Below, one piece after another: positions 1-10,155 of a stretch of DNA of 64,000 nt. A model generated the notes under the pieces. That model was not told the DNA's origin. It saw nothing but the letters and a program-made list of their open reading frames with translations, and made no database searches. Within the stretch, counting starts at the first letter, position 1, and every line of letters starts with the position of its first letter. The stretch covers positions 64,001 through 128,000 of the forward strand of contig JBPCLO010000013.1 of the NCBI GenBank assembly GCA_051003155.1. The letters are read 5' to 3'. The position numbers and the translations under genes were made by a program. Source of the stretch: Fimbriimonadales bacterium (GTDB lineage Bacteria > Armatimonadota > Fimbriimonadia > Fimbriimonadales > ATM1).

Positions 1-22
1 TCCTGCGGCTCACGCGCGAAGT

Positions 23-724
23 CTATCGCAATGCTGCGTCGTAGGAGCCGACGTTCGTCGCCCCGTACTTAGCAAGCACCGACTCGGCCTTGGTGACGTC
101 GAGATCACCGGATGGTAGGGTTACAGCGAGAATCGCTCCACCTCGGTCGAAGGCTTCACCGTAGTTGGTGGCGACATGCTCCGGCAGTCCCTGATCCTTG
201 AGGTATCCGGTCACCCCGCCAGCAACGGCGCCGGCAGCAGTCGCTCCTGCGGTTCCTGCGAGCGCGACTGCCAGGGCGCCACCGCCGATCACCAAACCAA
301 AACCGGGAATGGCGAGCGCCGCAAGGCTGGCCAAGACGCCCACGCCCAGTCCGATTCCAGCGCCCTTAGCCGCACCGGAGGCAGCGTCGGCTCCGGTTGT
401 TGTGCTGAGCCCTGACTTGGCGCTGAGATCGTCGTCGTTTTTCCGATCCGCGTCGTAATCGCGTTCGATCACTGCGGTGTTATAGTCGGCCACGACGGCT
501 GCATCCTTGTATGTCAGGTCCGGATCATCGACGATGCGGTCGGCATATGCCGGATCGACCTCGCCAACAGGCGGCTCGTACATAGTTGCGCCCGTCTTGC
601 CTTCGCGGACCTCTTTGGCAATGAGGCTGATGTCTTGACCGTTAGCGCCGTGATCCATCAGCGCTCCGGTTGCCTTCTCGGCTGTTTCGGTGTCGGGAAA
701 AGTTGCGTAAATTGTCTGTGACAT
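23..724 (-). CDS. General stress protein-like membrane protein with Gly/Ala-rich hydrophobic segment
   Basis: ORF with AGGAG SD; N-terminal 'IYATFPD..AEKA...L' motif, GAGIGLGVG..AIPGFG..GGGALA glycine zipper, C-terminal 'Y.E....GGAILAV' as in stress-induced DUF proteins. Confidence 0.7.
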   Translation of the reverse strand: MSQTIYATFPDTETAEKATGALMDHGANGQDISLIAKEVREGKTGATMYEPPVGEVDPAYADRIVDDPDLTYKDAAVVADYNTAVIERDYDADRKNDDDLSAKSGLSTTTGADAASGAAKGAGIGLGVGVLASLAALAIPGFGLVIGGGALAVALAGTAGATAAGAVAGGVTGYLKDQGLPEHVATNYGEAFDRGGAILAVTLPSGDLDVTKAESVLAKYGATNVGSYDAALR

Positions 725-880
725 GGTTCGTTCTCCTTTATTCTTTGTAGTTCGATTCGGCCCATAATCCGGCCGATTCGGGAGCGACTTCTCTTATAGC
801 GATACGCCGGGAGTCGAGCGCATATCGCGATCCTCTTTGGAACTTGCTCATTTCCAGCCGTGGCCCGCGTCATAAAGTCG

Positions 881-2101
881 ATGTACACAACAGAAGTGCC
901 TGAGCACCAAGAACGCGTGGTTATCCGTGGCAGGCCCCGGACGTGGTTGTTCTGGATCCTCGCGGTCGCGCTCGCGCTTTACGTGGTCTACGTAGTGCGT
1001 GAGATTTGGTTGCCGCTCGGCATCGCCTTTCTGATCGCAATGGTTCTCGATCCGGTTGTTGATCGAATGGAACATCGCGGGTTCTCACGCTTCCTTTCGA
1101 GCCTGGTGATTTTTGTCGGCTTCTTTGCGGCCTTAGCGGGGCTACTCTATTTTGTCGTTCCCCGTGTCGCGGAGCAAGCGAAGAATGTGTCGCAAAAAGC
1201 CACGGAGTACTTACCAGACAGGTCCCCGCAAGGAATCGAGAGATTCCTTAACAGGAATCATGTTCCTTATTCGATCAGGCCCGTGGTCTCAAGAGCCATC
1301 ACGCAGATCGATTCGGCAATTGCAGGGGCGGCCAAGTGGCTTGGTGAAAACGCGCTCCATATGGCATCGAACCTGATTTGGCTCGTGATCATCCCAATCG
1401 TCGCCTTCTCCGCCCTAAAGGATTTCCACCTTATTCTCGCGAAGACGCTTCTCTTGGTACCCAAAGGCAAGCGAGAATTCGTTCAAACGATGGTTTCTGA
1501 ATCGACAGCTGTCTTTGCCAAATTCATGCGGGGAATGGCCCTCGTTTCGTTCCTGAATGGCCTAACTACCTGGCTCGTCCTAGTCGCACTTGGCGTCGAG
1601 GGAGCTTTGCTGCTTGGCATTGTCGCAATGATCGTGTACCCAGTGCCGTATTTTGGCGCCTTGATTACGGTCGCGCTTATTGCCGGCGTATCGTTCGTGA
1701 CCGGCGGTCTAAATCAAATGCTGATCGTCGTTGGGGCAAATGTCATCTTGCAACAGATTATTTTCGACCAGATTGTGACGCCGCGCATCCTTGGCCGCAG
1801 CGTGGGTCTGCATCCCATTTGGAGCATTTTCGCTCTTCTCGTGGGGAACGCTCTGCTCGGGCTCATCGGAATGATCCTGGCAGTGCCTGTCGCGGCGTGC
1901 ATCCAGATTGCGATCGTGTCGGTGGTTCCGAAATTGGGTTATGAGATCGACGTTTCAGCGCCGGGAGCCAACTCGGCTGTCGAGGAGTTGAGCGAAGAGA
2001 CAAAAAACGAACATATCGAGGCGACGGCGAGCGAGGAGCTTCACGGGCAGGTGACATCGGTCGTGGAAGATATCGAAGCCCAGGAACAGGAGTCGCCCTA
2101 G
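881..2101 (+). CDS. AI-2E family transporter (PerM/TqsA-like)
   Basis: Multi-TM protein with 'LDPVVDRME', 'VPYFGA', 'PRILGRSVGLHPIW', 'GMILAVPVAA' motifs; start placed at ATG 881. Confidence 0.9.
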   Translation: MYTTEVPEHQERVVIRGRPRTWLFWILAVALALYVVYVVREIWLPLGIAFLIAMVLDPVVDRMEHRGFSRFLSSLVIFVGFFAALAGLLYFVVPRVAEQAKNVSQKATEYLPDRSPQGIERFLNRNHVPYSIRPVVSRAITQIDSAIAGAAKWLGENALHMASNLIWLVIIPIVAFSALKDFHLILAKTLLLVPKGKREFVQTMVSESTAVFAKFMRGMALVSFLNGLTTWLVLVALGVEGALLLGIVAMIVYPVPYFGALITVALIAGVSFVTGGLNQMLIVVGANVILQQIIFDQIVTPRILGRSVGLHPIWSIFALLVGNALLGLIGMILAVPVAACIQIAIVSVVPKLGYEIDVSAPGANSAVEELSEETKNEHIEATASEELHGQVTSVVEDIEAQEQESP

Positions 2102-2181
2102 TCGAATTACCTTGAGCTTGCAATAAATCGGCCCCTGTTGGAGTAGAAAATAATAGAAGCTCCGGGGGTTGCGCCGATCAC

Positions 2182-2385
2182 ATGCAAAAGCGGATAAACG
2201 AAGACGCGCCTTATGAGAACGCCCTGGATCGGCGCGCCCAACTTTACTTTCAGAGTGCTCGCGGTCAAGGTTCGCTCGTGCCGGACGACGAACTAATGAA
2301 GGAGTGTCGGGAACTCGCCCGACGCGACCTACAGCGCATCGAGAGACTCGGCGACGAAGTGTATCCGGAGGAGGAGCAGGAGTAG
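2182..2385 (+). CDS. Small hypothetical protein (67 aa)
   Basis: ATG-started ORF filling the gap between AI-2E and GT4 genes; no recognised motif. Confidence 0.45.
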   Translation: MQKRINEDAPYENALDRRAQLYFQSARGQGSLVPDDELMKECRELARRDLQRIERLGDEVYPEEEQE

Positions 2386-2486
2386 TCGTGGATGTTTCTT
2401 CGGCCCTAGAGGAAGCCCGCGCAGGGGCGACTCTGGAGAACGAAGTTCGCAAAGAGGACGGCGTTCTGTTCATGATGGGGGTACAA

Positions 2487-4781
2487 ATGCCCCGCGCTAA
2501 ACGCTCCACAGTTCCAGAACGAATCCGCGTCGTCGGCAATTACGTGCCTCGACAATGTGGGATAGCTACGTTTACTGCCGACCTAACGGAAGCCATCGCT
2601 AAGGAGTTCCCAAAGCTCGACTGTGGGGCAGTTGCGATGAACGACATCGATCAAGGATACAAGTATCCGGAGAGGGTACGCTTCGAAATAGGGGAGAACG
2701 AGCTGTCAGGATACCGGCGCGCAGCCGACTTTTTGAATATCAGCGCCGTCGACGTTGTGTGCTTGCAGCACGAATACGGGATCTACGGCGGCAAAGCGGG
2801 ATCACACATCTTGTCGCTGATGCGAGAGCTTCGCATGCCCATCGTTACCACTCTCCATACGATACTTCGTGAGCCGAATGAGCTTCAGAAGCAGGTCATG
2901 GATGAGGTTGTCCAGCTTTCTGAGAGGATCGTGGTGATGAGCGAGAAAGGTGCGGGCTTCATGCAAGAGGTCCACGGCGTTTCCGCAGACAAGATCGATT
3001 TGATCCATCATGGCATCCCGGATGTGCGCTTCGAATCGACCACGCGCTACAAGGAGCGCCTTGGTATGGCCGGAGACTCGGTGCTCCTTACGTTCGGCCT
3101 ACTCGGGCCCGACAAGGGCATCGAATATGTGATCCGGGCGCTGCCGAAGGTCCTGGAGAAGCATCCAAATGTCGTCTATATGGTGGTTGGCGCTACACAT
3201 CCGAATGTCCGCGCACAGGTGGGTGAGACGTACAGGCTGAGCCTCGAGCGGTTGGCGCATGAAAAGGGAGTCGAGGGAAATGTTGTGTTCCACAACCGAT
3301 TCGTGGGCGACGACGAGTTGAGTGAGTTCCTGGGAGCTGCGGATATTTACATCACACCCTATCTCAAGCCGGAACAGATCACTTCCGGAACCCTGGCATA
3401 CGCAGTCGGTTCGGGCAAGGCCGTCATTTCTACCCCGTACTGGTACGCTGAGGAATTGTTGGCCGACGGACGAGGGGTGCTGGTCCCTTGGCGAGATTCG
3501 GACGCCCTCGCCGACCAGGTGATTCGGTTGCTCAGTAACGACAAAGAGCGAAGAGCCATTCGGACCAAGGCGGCGGACTTCGGGCGACAGATGGTGTGGC
3601 CATCCGTGGCTCGGCAGTACCTGACCAGCTTCGAGAGGGCCAGCGGCGACGCTGCGAAGCGACGTGGCAAGTTCCACACAAAGATGCTCGCCGGCCGGCC
3701 CGCGGAGCTGCCCGACGTTACCCTCAACCACATCAGATTAATGACCGACTCCACTGGCATTTTCCAGCACGCGACATACGCGGTACCTAACTACGACGAA
3801 GGTTACTGCGTCGACGATAACGCGCGGGCGCTTATACTGATGGCCTACTTGGAGGAGGACGGCTATGAATCGAGCGACCTCAAAGCCCTCATGGCACGAT
3901 ATCTTGCGTTTCTCAATCATGCCTTGAATAAGTCGAACGGAAGGTTTATGAACTTTCTGTCCTACGACCGCCGCTGGCTGGAAGAGGCGGGTTCCGAGGA
4001 CAGCCACGGGAGATCCCTCTATGCGCTGGGGACCGTCGTCGGACGCTCTCATGACCCGAGCGCACAGGGACTCGCAAAGCGCCTATTCGACGAGGCGCTG
4101 CCGGTTGTAGTCGGGTTCTCCAGCCCGAGGGCCTGGGCGTTTTCCCTCCTTGGCATAGACGAGTACATGCGGGCGTTCATGGGTGAGAGCAGGGTGCAGG
4201 AAGTGCGGCGAGAACTCGCGGAAAAGCTTTTCGATTTGTACTGCAGTTACTCCACCGATGAGTGGCCTTGGTTCGAAGACCGCGTGACGTACTCGAACTC
4301 ACGGCTCTCGCAGGCGCTCCTGGTTTCGGGGCAATGGATGTCGCGCGCAGATATGGTTACCGCCGGCCTCGCGTCGCTAGACTGGTTGACGGCCATCCAG
4401 CAGACCGATGAGGGGTACTTTTCACCCGTCGGCAGCAATGGATTCTACGTTCGAGGGAAACAAATGGCCGAATTCGATCAGCAGCCGGTAGAGGCAATGG
4501 GCGTGGTGTCCGCGAGCCTGGATGCTTTGCGGGTGACGGGAGATCCGAAGTGGATGAAAGAGGCGAGGCGGGCGTTCAACTGGTTTCTGGGACAGAACCG
4601 CCTGCAGACATCCCTATACGACCCCACGACCGGCGGATGTCGCGATGGCCTTCACGATGGCCGTCTAAACGAAAACCAAGGGGCAGAGTCCTCGCTGGCG
4701 TTCCTGCTATCATTGCTGGAGCTTCGACTTGCCGAGAATGAGAGCTCCTCCAAGGCTTCCTTAACCGTTTATACATCGTGA
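2487..4781 (+). CDS. GT4 glycosyltransferase fused to a C-terminal (alpha/alpha)6-like glycosidase-type domain
   Basis: 'GNYVPRQCGIATF', 'QHEYGIYGG', 'QITSGTLAYA' GT4 motifs; C-terminal 'GYCVDDNARAL', 'FDQQPVEA', 'NQGAES'; start could also be ATG 2472. Confidence 0.9.
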   Translation: MPRAKRSTVPERIRVVGNYVPRQCGIATFTADLTEAIAKEFPKLDCGAVAMNDIDQGYKYPERVRFEIGENELSGYRRAADFLNISAVDVVCLQHEYGIYGGKAGSHILSLMRELRMPIVTTLHTILREPNELQKQVMDEVVQLSERIVVMSEKGAGFMQEVHGVSADKIDLIHHGIPDVRFESTTRYKERLGMAGDSVLLTFGLLGPDKGIEYVIRALPKVLEKHPNVVYMVVGATHPNVRAQVGETYRLSLERLAHEKGVEGNVVFHNRFVGDDELSEFLGAADIYITPYLKPEQITSGTLAYAVGSGKAVISTPYWYAEELLADGRGVLVPWRDSDALADQVIRLLSNDKERRAIRTKAADFGRQMVWPSVARQYLTSFERASGDAAKRRGKFHTKMLAGRPAELPDVTLNHIRLMTDSTGIFQHATYAVPNYDEGYCVDDNARALILMAYLEEDGYESSDLKALMARYLAFLNHALNKSNGRFMNFLSYDRRWLEEAGSEDSHGRSLYALGTVVGRSHDPSAQGLAKRLFDEALPVVVGFSSPRAWAFSLLGIDEYMRAFMGESRVQEVRRELAEKLFDLYCSYSTDEWPWFEDRVTYSNSRLSQALLVSGQWMSRADMVTAGLASLDWLTAIQQTDEGYFSPVGSNGFYVRGKQMAEFDQQPVEAMGVVSASLDALRVTGDPKWMKEARRAFNWFLGQNRLQTSLYDPTTGGCRDGLHDGRLNENQGAESSLAFLLSLLELRLAENESSSKASLTVYTS

Positions 4782-5785
4782 CTTTGAATAACGCGCACGA
4801 AGAAGTTCTGTTTCGTCACGATAAGAACCCCATCCTCACTGCTGCGGACTGGCCATATCCCGCTCATACGGTCTTCAATCCGGGCGCAACGCTCTTGCAC
4901 GACGGTACGACGTTGCTACTTTGCAGGGTGGAGGACAGGCGAGGAATCTCGCACCTCTGCGCCGCTCGCTCGAAGAACGGCGTGGATGGCTGGTTGGTTG
5001 ACGCGGAGCCTACCCTGATGCCTGACCCCGAGAACCATCCCGAAGAACTCTGGGGAATCGAGGACCCACGTATTACATGGCTCGACGATATCGAGACGTA
5101 CGTCGTCGCCTACACCGCTTACAGCCGCAGCGGACCGGGTGTCGCGCTAGCGCTGACCCACGATTTCAAGAAATTTGATCGGCTCGGCCTGATGATGCAG
5201 CCAGACGACAAGGATGCGGCGCTCTTGCCGCGACGATTCGATGGACATTACGCTTTGATTCACCGCCCGGTGACCGACGTTTCCGCAAACATGTGGATGT
5301 CGTATTCGCCCGACCTCAGCAACTGGGGCAACCACAAGCTGCTTCTGCCGGCTCGGCGGGGCGCTTGGTGGGACGCGAACAAGATCGGCCTGTCGCCGCC
5401 ACCAATCGAGACCAAGGAAGGCTGGCTGGTGCTTTATCACGGAGTCCGAAATTCTTGCGCAGGCTGCTTGTATAGGCTCGGTCTTGCTCTCTTCGATCTG
5501 GAGAATCCGGATGTCTGTCTTCTACGAGGCGATGAATGGCTTTTCGGCCCGGAAACCCACTACGAAAGGGAAGGGGACGTGGGCAACGTCGCCTTTCCGA
5601 CCGGCTTTACGATCGGCGATGACGGAGACGCGATCAACCTTTACTATGGCGCCGCGGACACGAGCATTGCGCTCGCGCGGGGGAGCATCAACCAGCTGCT
5701 CGACTGGTTGAAGCGCCATGGCAGCACATATGTCGGAGTGGCGGCGCAACCGGCAGAAAAGACCCATTTTGGAACGGGTTCCTAG
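4778..5785 (+). CDS. GH130-like glycosidase/phosphorylase (5-bladed beta-propeller)
   Basis: 'VFNPGA', 'GIEDPRIT', 'DKDAALLP', 'HRP', 'YYGAADT' motifs; GTGA overlap with upstream GT4. Confidence 0.9.
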   Translation: MTLNNAHEEVLFRHDKNPILTAADWPYPAHTVFNPGATLLHDGTTLLLCRVEDRRGISHLCAARSKNGVDGWLVDAEPTLMPDPENHPEELWGIEDPRITWLDDIETYVVAYTAYSRSGPGVALALTHDFKKFDRLGLMMQPDDKDAALLPRRFDGHYALIHRPVTDVSANMWMSYSPDLSNWGNHKLLLPARRGAWWDANKIGLSPPPIETKEGWLVLYHGVRNSCAGCLYRLGLALFDLENPDVCLLRGDEWLFGPETHYEREGDVGNVAFPTGFTIGDDGDAINLYYGAADTSIALARGSINQLLDWLKRHGSTYVGVAAQPAEKTHFGTGS

Positions 5786-5804
5786 GCATCGGGGTAGTTG
5801 ATTT

Positions 5805-7178
5805 GTGAAGGCGCCTATCGTATTGGTCTCTGCGGCAGTTCTTGTCGCCTCGTCCTTTGCCGACAAGGTCGACTCCTTCGTCGGTGAGCAAATGAAGCTG
5901 CACCACGTCCCGGGGGTGACCGTGGCCGCTATCCAGGGTGGCAAGGTCTTAAAAGCGAAGGGTTATGGCTTGGCGAGTCTGGAGCTGAATTCCAGGGCCA
6001 ATCGTGAGACGGTGTACGAGATCGGCTCCGTGACCAAACAGTTCACTGCGGCGGCTATCATGATGCTCGTCGAAGCCGCCAAGGTCGGCTTGGATGTCGG
6101 TGTCCGTAGGTATCTGCCGGAAGCACCCGAGAAATGGGAAGGGGTCACCGTTCGACACTTGCTTACGCACACTTCGGGCATTTTTAGTTACACGAACGTA
6201 GTGCCCTTTGTCGCTCTTGCGAAGCGAGACTATACGCAAGATCAGATTCTTCGAATGGTCTCCGACCTGAAGCTCAACTTTACGCCCGGCGGCACGTTCG
6301 AGTACTCGAATACGAACTACTACCTGCTCGGAATGATCGTCGAGCGGGTGAGCGGAGATCGCTATTGGACGTTTATGGAAAATCGTATTTTCGGCCCTTT
6401 GGGCATGGCGCATACGCGCAACGGCGACCCGAAGACCGTCATCGAGAACCGCGCATCTGGCTACTTTTGGAACGGAAAGGTTTGGCTCAACATGGCGCCC
6501 CTGACACCCACCGCAGGCTGGGCAGCCGGGTCGCTTGTTTCGACCGTCGACGACATGGCCAAGTGGGATGCCGCCCTTTACACCGAAAAGCTGCTCAAAA
6601 CAGAGAGTTTGAAGCAGATGTTTACGCCAGCCAAGCTGAAAGACGGCAAGGATGCCGACATGGGTTATGGCTTCGGCTGGGCGAATATGGAGAGCAATGG
6701 ACACCCGCATGCGGCTCACGGTGGGGGGACGGCGGGCTTCTCTTCCAACATCTCGCGGTTTCCGAAGGACAACTTGACCGTTGTCGTGCTAACGAATCTA
6801 GCGGGTTTCGATGCGGGAGCGGTTGCCAAGGGAATCGCCGAATTCTATGTCCCGGACCTTAGGGCCAAACCGATCGAGGACAAGGACCCGAAGACGACCG
6901 CGTTCATCCGCAGGGTCGTTGACGAAATCATCGACGGGACGATCTCCAAAGAACTGTTCACCTCAGAGGCTCAGGGAGTAATCTTCCAAAGGCTTACTGA
7001 GGCGCGCCTGTTCTTGGCGACGCTCGGTCTGCTGAAGTCAATGGCGCTCCTGAAGGACAAGTCCGTCGCCAACGAGCGCACCCTACAATATCGGACCGAG
7101 TTCGAAAAGGGAGGTCTCGTTCTGAATGTGGTCATGACAAAAGACCACAAAATCGCCGCAATTTCCTTCACATCTTAG
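5805..7178 (+). CDS. Secreted serine hydrolase, beta-lactamase (AmpC/PBP) family
   Basis: Signal peptide, SxxK (SVTK), 'LLTHTSG', YSN, HGG motifs. Confidence 0.9.
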   Translation: MKAPIVLVSAAVLVASSFADKVDSFVGEQMKLHHVPGVTVAAIQGGKVLKAKGYGLASLELNSRANRETVYEIGSVTKQFTAAAIMMLVEAAKVGLDVGVRRYLPEAPEKWEGVTVRHLLTHTSGIFSYTNVVPFVALAKRDYTQDQILRMVSDLKLNFTPGGTFEYSNTNYYLLGMIVERVSGDRYWTFMENRIFGPLGMAHTRNGDPKTVIENRASGYFWNGKVWLNMAPLTPTAGWAAGSLVSTVDDMAKWDAALYTEKLLKTESLKQMFTPAKLKDGKDADMGYGFGWANMESNGHPHAAHGGGTAGFSSNISRFPKDNLTVVVLTNLAGFDAGAVAKGIAEFYVPDLRAKPIEDKDPKTTAFIRRVVDEIIDGTISKELFTSEAQGVIFQRLTEARLFLATLGLLKSMALLKDKSVANERTLQYRTEFEKGGLVLNVVMTKDHKIAAISFTS

Positions 7179-7186
7179 GATGGTCT

Positions 7187-7220
7187 ACCGGCGGTTTGGT
7201 GACCGGCGGTTTGGTGACCG
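7187..7220. repeat. 15-bp tandem duplication ACCGGCGGTTTGGTG x2 plus partial copy
   Basis: 7187-7201 and 7202-7216 are identical, followed by ACCG. Confidence 0.85.
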
Positions 7221-7393
7221 ACCGTGCGTCATCACGACAGGTACGTGCCGGGGAAAGTGACGTGATGACGGCACGTTCGAGTTTACAGCATTACAGCGAT
7301 CCGTGGGCAAGCGAACGGCGGGCACCGATGGCGCAAGCAGATCGACGTTTGGATGAGCACCAGCGCCACCGCGTTCACCGCCTTAAAATGCGG

Positions 7394-7666
7394 TTAGTCG
7401 GCGGTTGAGGGATCGATGATCGTTGCGACCTTGCTGATGCGGTTGGCGGAGAAGCCGCCCTCGGTGGCGTGCTGCCGGATCAACTCTTCGTTTGCGGCGT
7501 CGTACACGCAGTAGATCTTGTCGTCGGTGACGTAGCTGTGGTCCCAGGTGACACTGGGGCCGATGCTGTTCAGGACCGCGTTCGACTTGCGCGCAACATC
7601 CTTCAGATCAGCCGGTGAAAGCTGGCCCGCCCCGGGCAAATCGCGCTCGATTACGTATTTAGGCAT
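7394..7666 (-). CDS. DUF4242 domain protein
   Basis: 'MPKYVIER', 'W.HSYV..DKIYCVYDA.NEE.IR.HA..GGF.AN.I' family signature. Confidence 0.85.
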   Translation of the reverse strand: MPKYVIERDLPGAGQLSPADLKDVARKSNAVLNSIGPSVTWDHSYVTDDKIYCVYDAANEELIRQHATEGGFSANRISKVATIIDPSTAD

Positions 7667-7671
7667 ATGCC

Positions 7672-7677
7672 ATTATA
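7672..7677 (-). promoter_or_regulatory. -10 box TATAAT, 5 nt before the ATG of the DUF4242 gene (leaderless)
   Basis: Minus strand reads ctgTATAATggcatATG. Confidence 0.7.
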
Positions 7678-7698
7678 CAGCCGGAAGATACCTAAGGC

Positions 7699-8562
7699 CT
7701 AGGGCCGCTTATCGGAGAGGCCAAAGCGGCTCGGTGGCCAGAAGGTCAGCCATGCCTTTCCGACAATCGCGCTTCGATCGATAAGACCCCAGAAGCGCCC
7801 GTCGAACGAGCCTGCGCGATTGTCTCCGATCATTAGGTATTTGCCGGGCGGCACCTTCGCGGCAGGCAGGTCCCAGACGCTCTCCAAGTCCTCGTCGGAC
7901 ACGTGCTCGTCGTAGAGGCTGCGTCCAGGTATTTTTCCGGCACTATCGCGGACGATCGGAACGACCTCGCCTTTGTATTCGACAAGCTTGAAATCGATAG
8001 GCTGATTCGAGAACGTCGATTCCTTGTTGATGTAAGGCTCGTTCGCAGGCACGCCGTCGCGGTAGAGTTGACGGTCTTTGATTTCGATCGTTTGGCCAGG
8101 CGTCCCGATCAGCCGCTTGACGTAATCGACGTTGGGGTCGTCGCCCTCGTTGCGCGCGAAGGCCGGCGGTTTGAAAACGACGATGTCGCCGGCTTTGGGC
8201 TCCAGCATTCTGTATAGAGCCTTGTTGACTATGATGAGGTCACCGACCTTGAGAGTGGGCACCATCGATTCGCTGGGAATGCGGAAGGTCTGAACGGCGA
8301 ACGGCCGAATGAGCAGGAAGACGAGGATGCCGGCGTATACCAGCGCGTCGCAGAGGTCATGAATCCAATGAAGGACCCTTGCGCCGCCGAACTTTCTCTC
8401 TGCCGGATGGAGCTTGTGCGCATGGGCGTAGATGCCCACGCGCACAGCCGTGCACACGAGAGCGAAAAGGATCACGGAACTGATGGGTGTCCGAGCGAGT
8501 GTTTCGACCAGATCAAGAAACCACGTCTGCTGTTGACGAGCTTGCGCCAGCAGCTCGAGCAT
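7699..8562 (-). CDS. lepB: Signal peptidase I
   Basis: 'IPSESMVPTL' (catalytic Ser), 'YVKRLIG' (Lys), 'GDNR..S.DGRFWG'; follows rplS. Confidence 0.95.
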   Translation of the reverse strand: MLELLAQARQQQTWFLDLVETLARTPISSVILFALVCTAVRVGIYAHAHKLHPAERKFGGARVLHWIHDLCDALVYAGILVFLLIRPFAVQTFRIPSESMVPTLKVGDLIIVNKALYRMLEPKAGDIVVFKPPAFARNEGDDPNVDYVKRLIGTPGQTIEIKDRQLYRDGVPANEPYINKESTFSNQPIDFKLVEYKGEVVPIVRDSAGKIPGRSLYDEHVSDEDLESVWDLPAAKVPPGKYLMIGDNRAGSFDGRFWGLIDRSAIVGKAWLTFWPPSRFGLSDKRP

Positions 8563-8566
8563 CTAG

Positions 8567-8917
8567 TTAGCGTGCCTCTTTGATTCGGGCTGCCTTGCCG
8601 ACCTTGGTACGCAAGTAATAGAGCTTGGCTCGCCGAACCTTGCCGCGACGGGTGACTTCCATTTTGGCGACCATCGGCGAGTTGACAGGGAACGTACGCT
8701 CCACGCCGACGCCGTGGCTTATCTTGCGGACCGTGATGGTCTCTGCAATCCCGCCGTGCTTGTGCGCGAGTACCGTGCCCTCGAAGAGCTGGAGCCTTTC
8801 TTTGCCAGCTTCGCGCACCTTCAGGTGGACCTTGACCGTGTCGCCCGGGTTGATTTCGGGCAGGTCGGAACGCAAGTTGGACTGGACAACGCTTTCAAGG
8901 ATGGCGCTCTTAGACAT
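8567..8917 (-). CDS. rplS: 50S ribosomal protein L19
   Basis: 'PGDTVKVH', 'GVGVERTFP', '[12 protein letters not shown]'. Confidence 0.98.
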   Translation of the reverse strand: MSKSAILESVVQSNLRSDLPEINPGDTVKVHLKVREAGKERLQLFEGTVLAHKHGGIAETITVRKISHGVGVERTFPVNSPMVAKMEVTRRGKVRRAKLYYLRTKVGKAARIKEAR

Positions 8918-8938
8918 TTCTATAACCTCGCGGGAGGT

Positions 8939-9646
8939 CTATTGTAGCAGTTTCAAGTCGTCTTTTGAAAGGGCGGCGCGAGCGAACAGATCGGGCCTCG
9001 CTTTGCGGGTTAGCCTGAGCCGCTCTTTGCGCCTCCAAACCGCTATTTCCTGGTGGTTGCCGCTCAGCAGCACTTCGGGAACGGAGAGACCCTCCCACTC
9101 GGCGGGACGGGTGTACTGCGGGTACGTGAGGAGGCCGTCGCCGAATGCATCCTGGTCGAGCGATTGAGCGCTTCCCAAAACGCCCGGGAGCCTGCGTACA
9201 ACGGCGTCGGCCATGACGGCCGCCGGCAGTTCGCCGCCCGTAAGAATGTAGTCGCCGATGCTGTATCTCTTCGTCGCGTACTTTTGGGCCACCCTCTCGT
9301 CGATGCCCTCGTAGTGGCCGCAAACGAAAATGATGCCTTCTTGATCTGCTAAATGTGCGGCGGCCTTCTCGGAGAAGAGTGCTCCGGTCGGATCGGTGAA
9401 GACGACGCAGGCGCCTTCAGGCCCAGCGGACTCGATAGCCGCTGCGACGATATCCGGCTTTAGTACCATTCCGGCTCCGCCGCCATAGGGCTCGTCGTCC
9501 ACCGTTCTGTGGTTGTCCGTAGCGAAGTTGCGGGGGTTGATGGCGGCGAACCGGGCGATCCCTGCATCTTCAGCCCGCTTGAGGATGCTGTGCCGCACGA
9601 CCGCAAGCACGGTGTCCGGGAACAGCGTTACGAAGCTAACCTGCAT
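8939..9646 (-). CDS. trmD: tRNA (guanine37-N1)-methyltransferase
   Basis: 'VDDEPYGGGAGMVLK', 'CGHYEGIDER', 'SIGDYILTGGE', 'PQYTRP'. Confidence 0.98.
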   Translation of the reverse strand: MQVSFVTLFPDTVLAVVRHSILKRAEDAGIARFAAINPRNFATDNHRTVDDEPYGGGAGMVLKPDIVAAAIESAGPEGACVVFTDPTGALFSEKAAAHLADQEGIIFVCGHYEGIDERVAQKYATKRYSIGDYILTGGELPAAVMADAVVRRLPGVLGSAQSLDQDAFGDGLLTYPQYTRPAEWEGLSVPEVLLSGNHQEIAVWRRKERLRLTRKARPDLFARAALSKDDLKLLQ

Positions 9647-10145
9647 CTTCGAACATGCCCGGTATGGGGGCGACGACTACTTTGCGTGACTCCAAGTCGA
9701 TGCTTTTGACGAACTCGGAGACCGCCGGAATCATCGCTCCGCCCACGCGGTAGATGTCGTGGGCCGGCGCCTGGACAACCTCGTCCAAAGTGCCGAGCAG
9801 GGAACCGCCTTCGTCGAAGACCTCGAGGCCAACCAGGTCGTCGATCATGTATTCGCCGGGTTCCAGATCGCGTTTGTCGTCGGCGTCCACGGATATTTCT
9901 TGGCCGACCAGCGCTTCTGCAAGGACGAGTCGCGAGACGCCTTCGAGCCTGACGCGAGCCTGCTTGTTATGCCACTGAACCTCACGGATTTTGCGTGGCT
10001 CGCCGGCAATCCATATGGTCTCACCGACATCGAAGCGCTCGGGGAAATCGGTTAGGGGCCACACCTTGAGGAACCCCTTGAGGCCGAAGGTACTCACGAC
10101 CTTTCCGATTACGACAAAGTCTTTCGGAGGGGTTTGAGGGTCCAC
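9636..10145 (-). CDS. rimM: Ribosome maturation factor RimM
   Basis: 'IGKVVSTFGLKG', 'DLVGLEV', C-terminal PRC barrel; operon position. Confidence 0.95.
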   Translation of the reverse strand: MDPQTPPKDFVVIGKVVSTFGLKGFLKVWPLTDFPERFDVGETIWIAGEPRKIREVQWHNKQARVRLEGVSRLVLAEALVGQEISVDADDKRDLEPGEYMIDDLVGLEVFDEGGSLLGTLDEVVQAPAHDIYRVGGAMIPAVSEFVKSIDLESRKVVVAPIPGMFEDAG

Positions 10146-10155
10146 GGAAGCGAAG

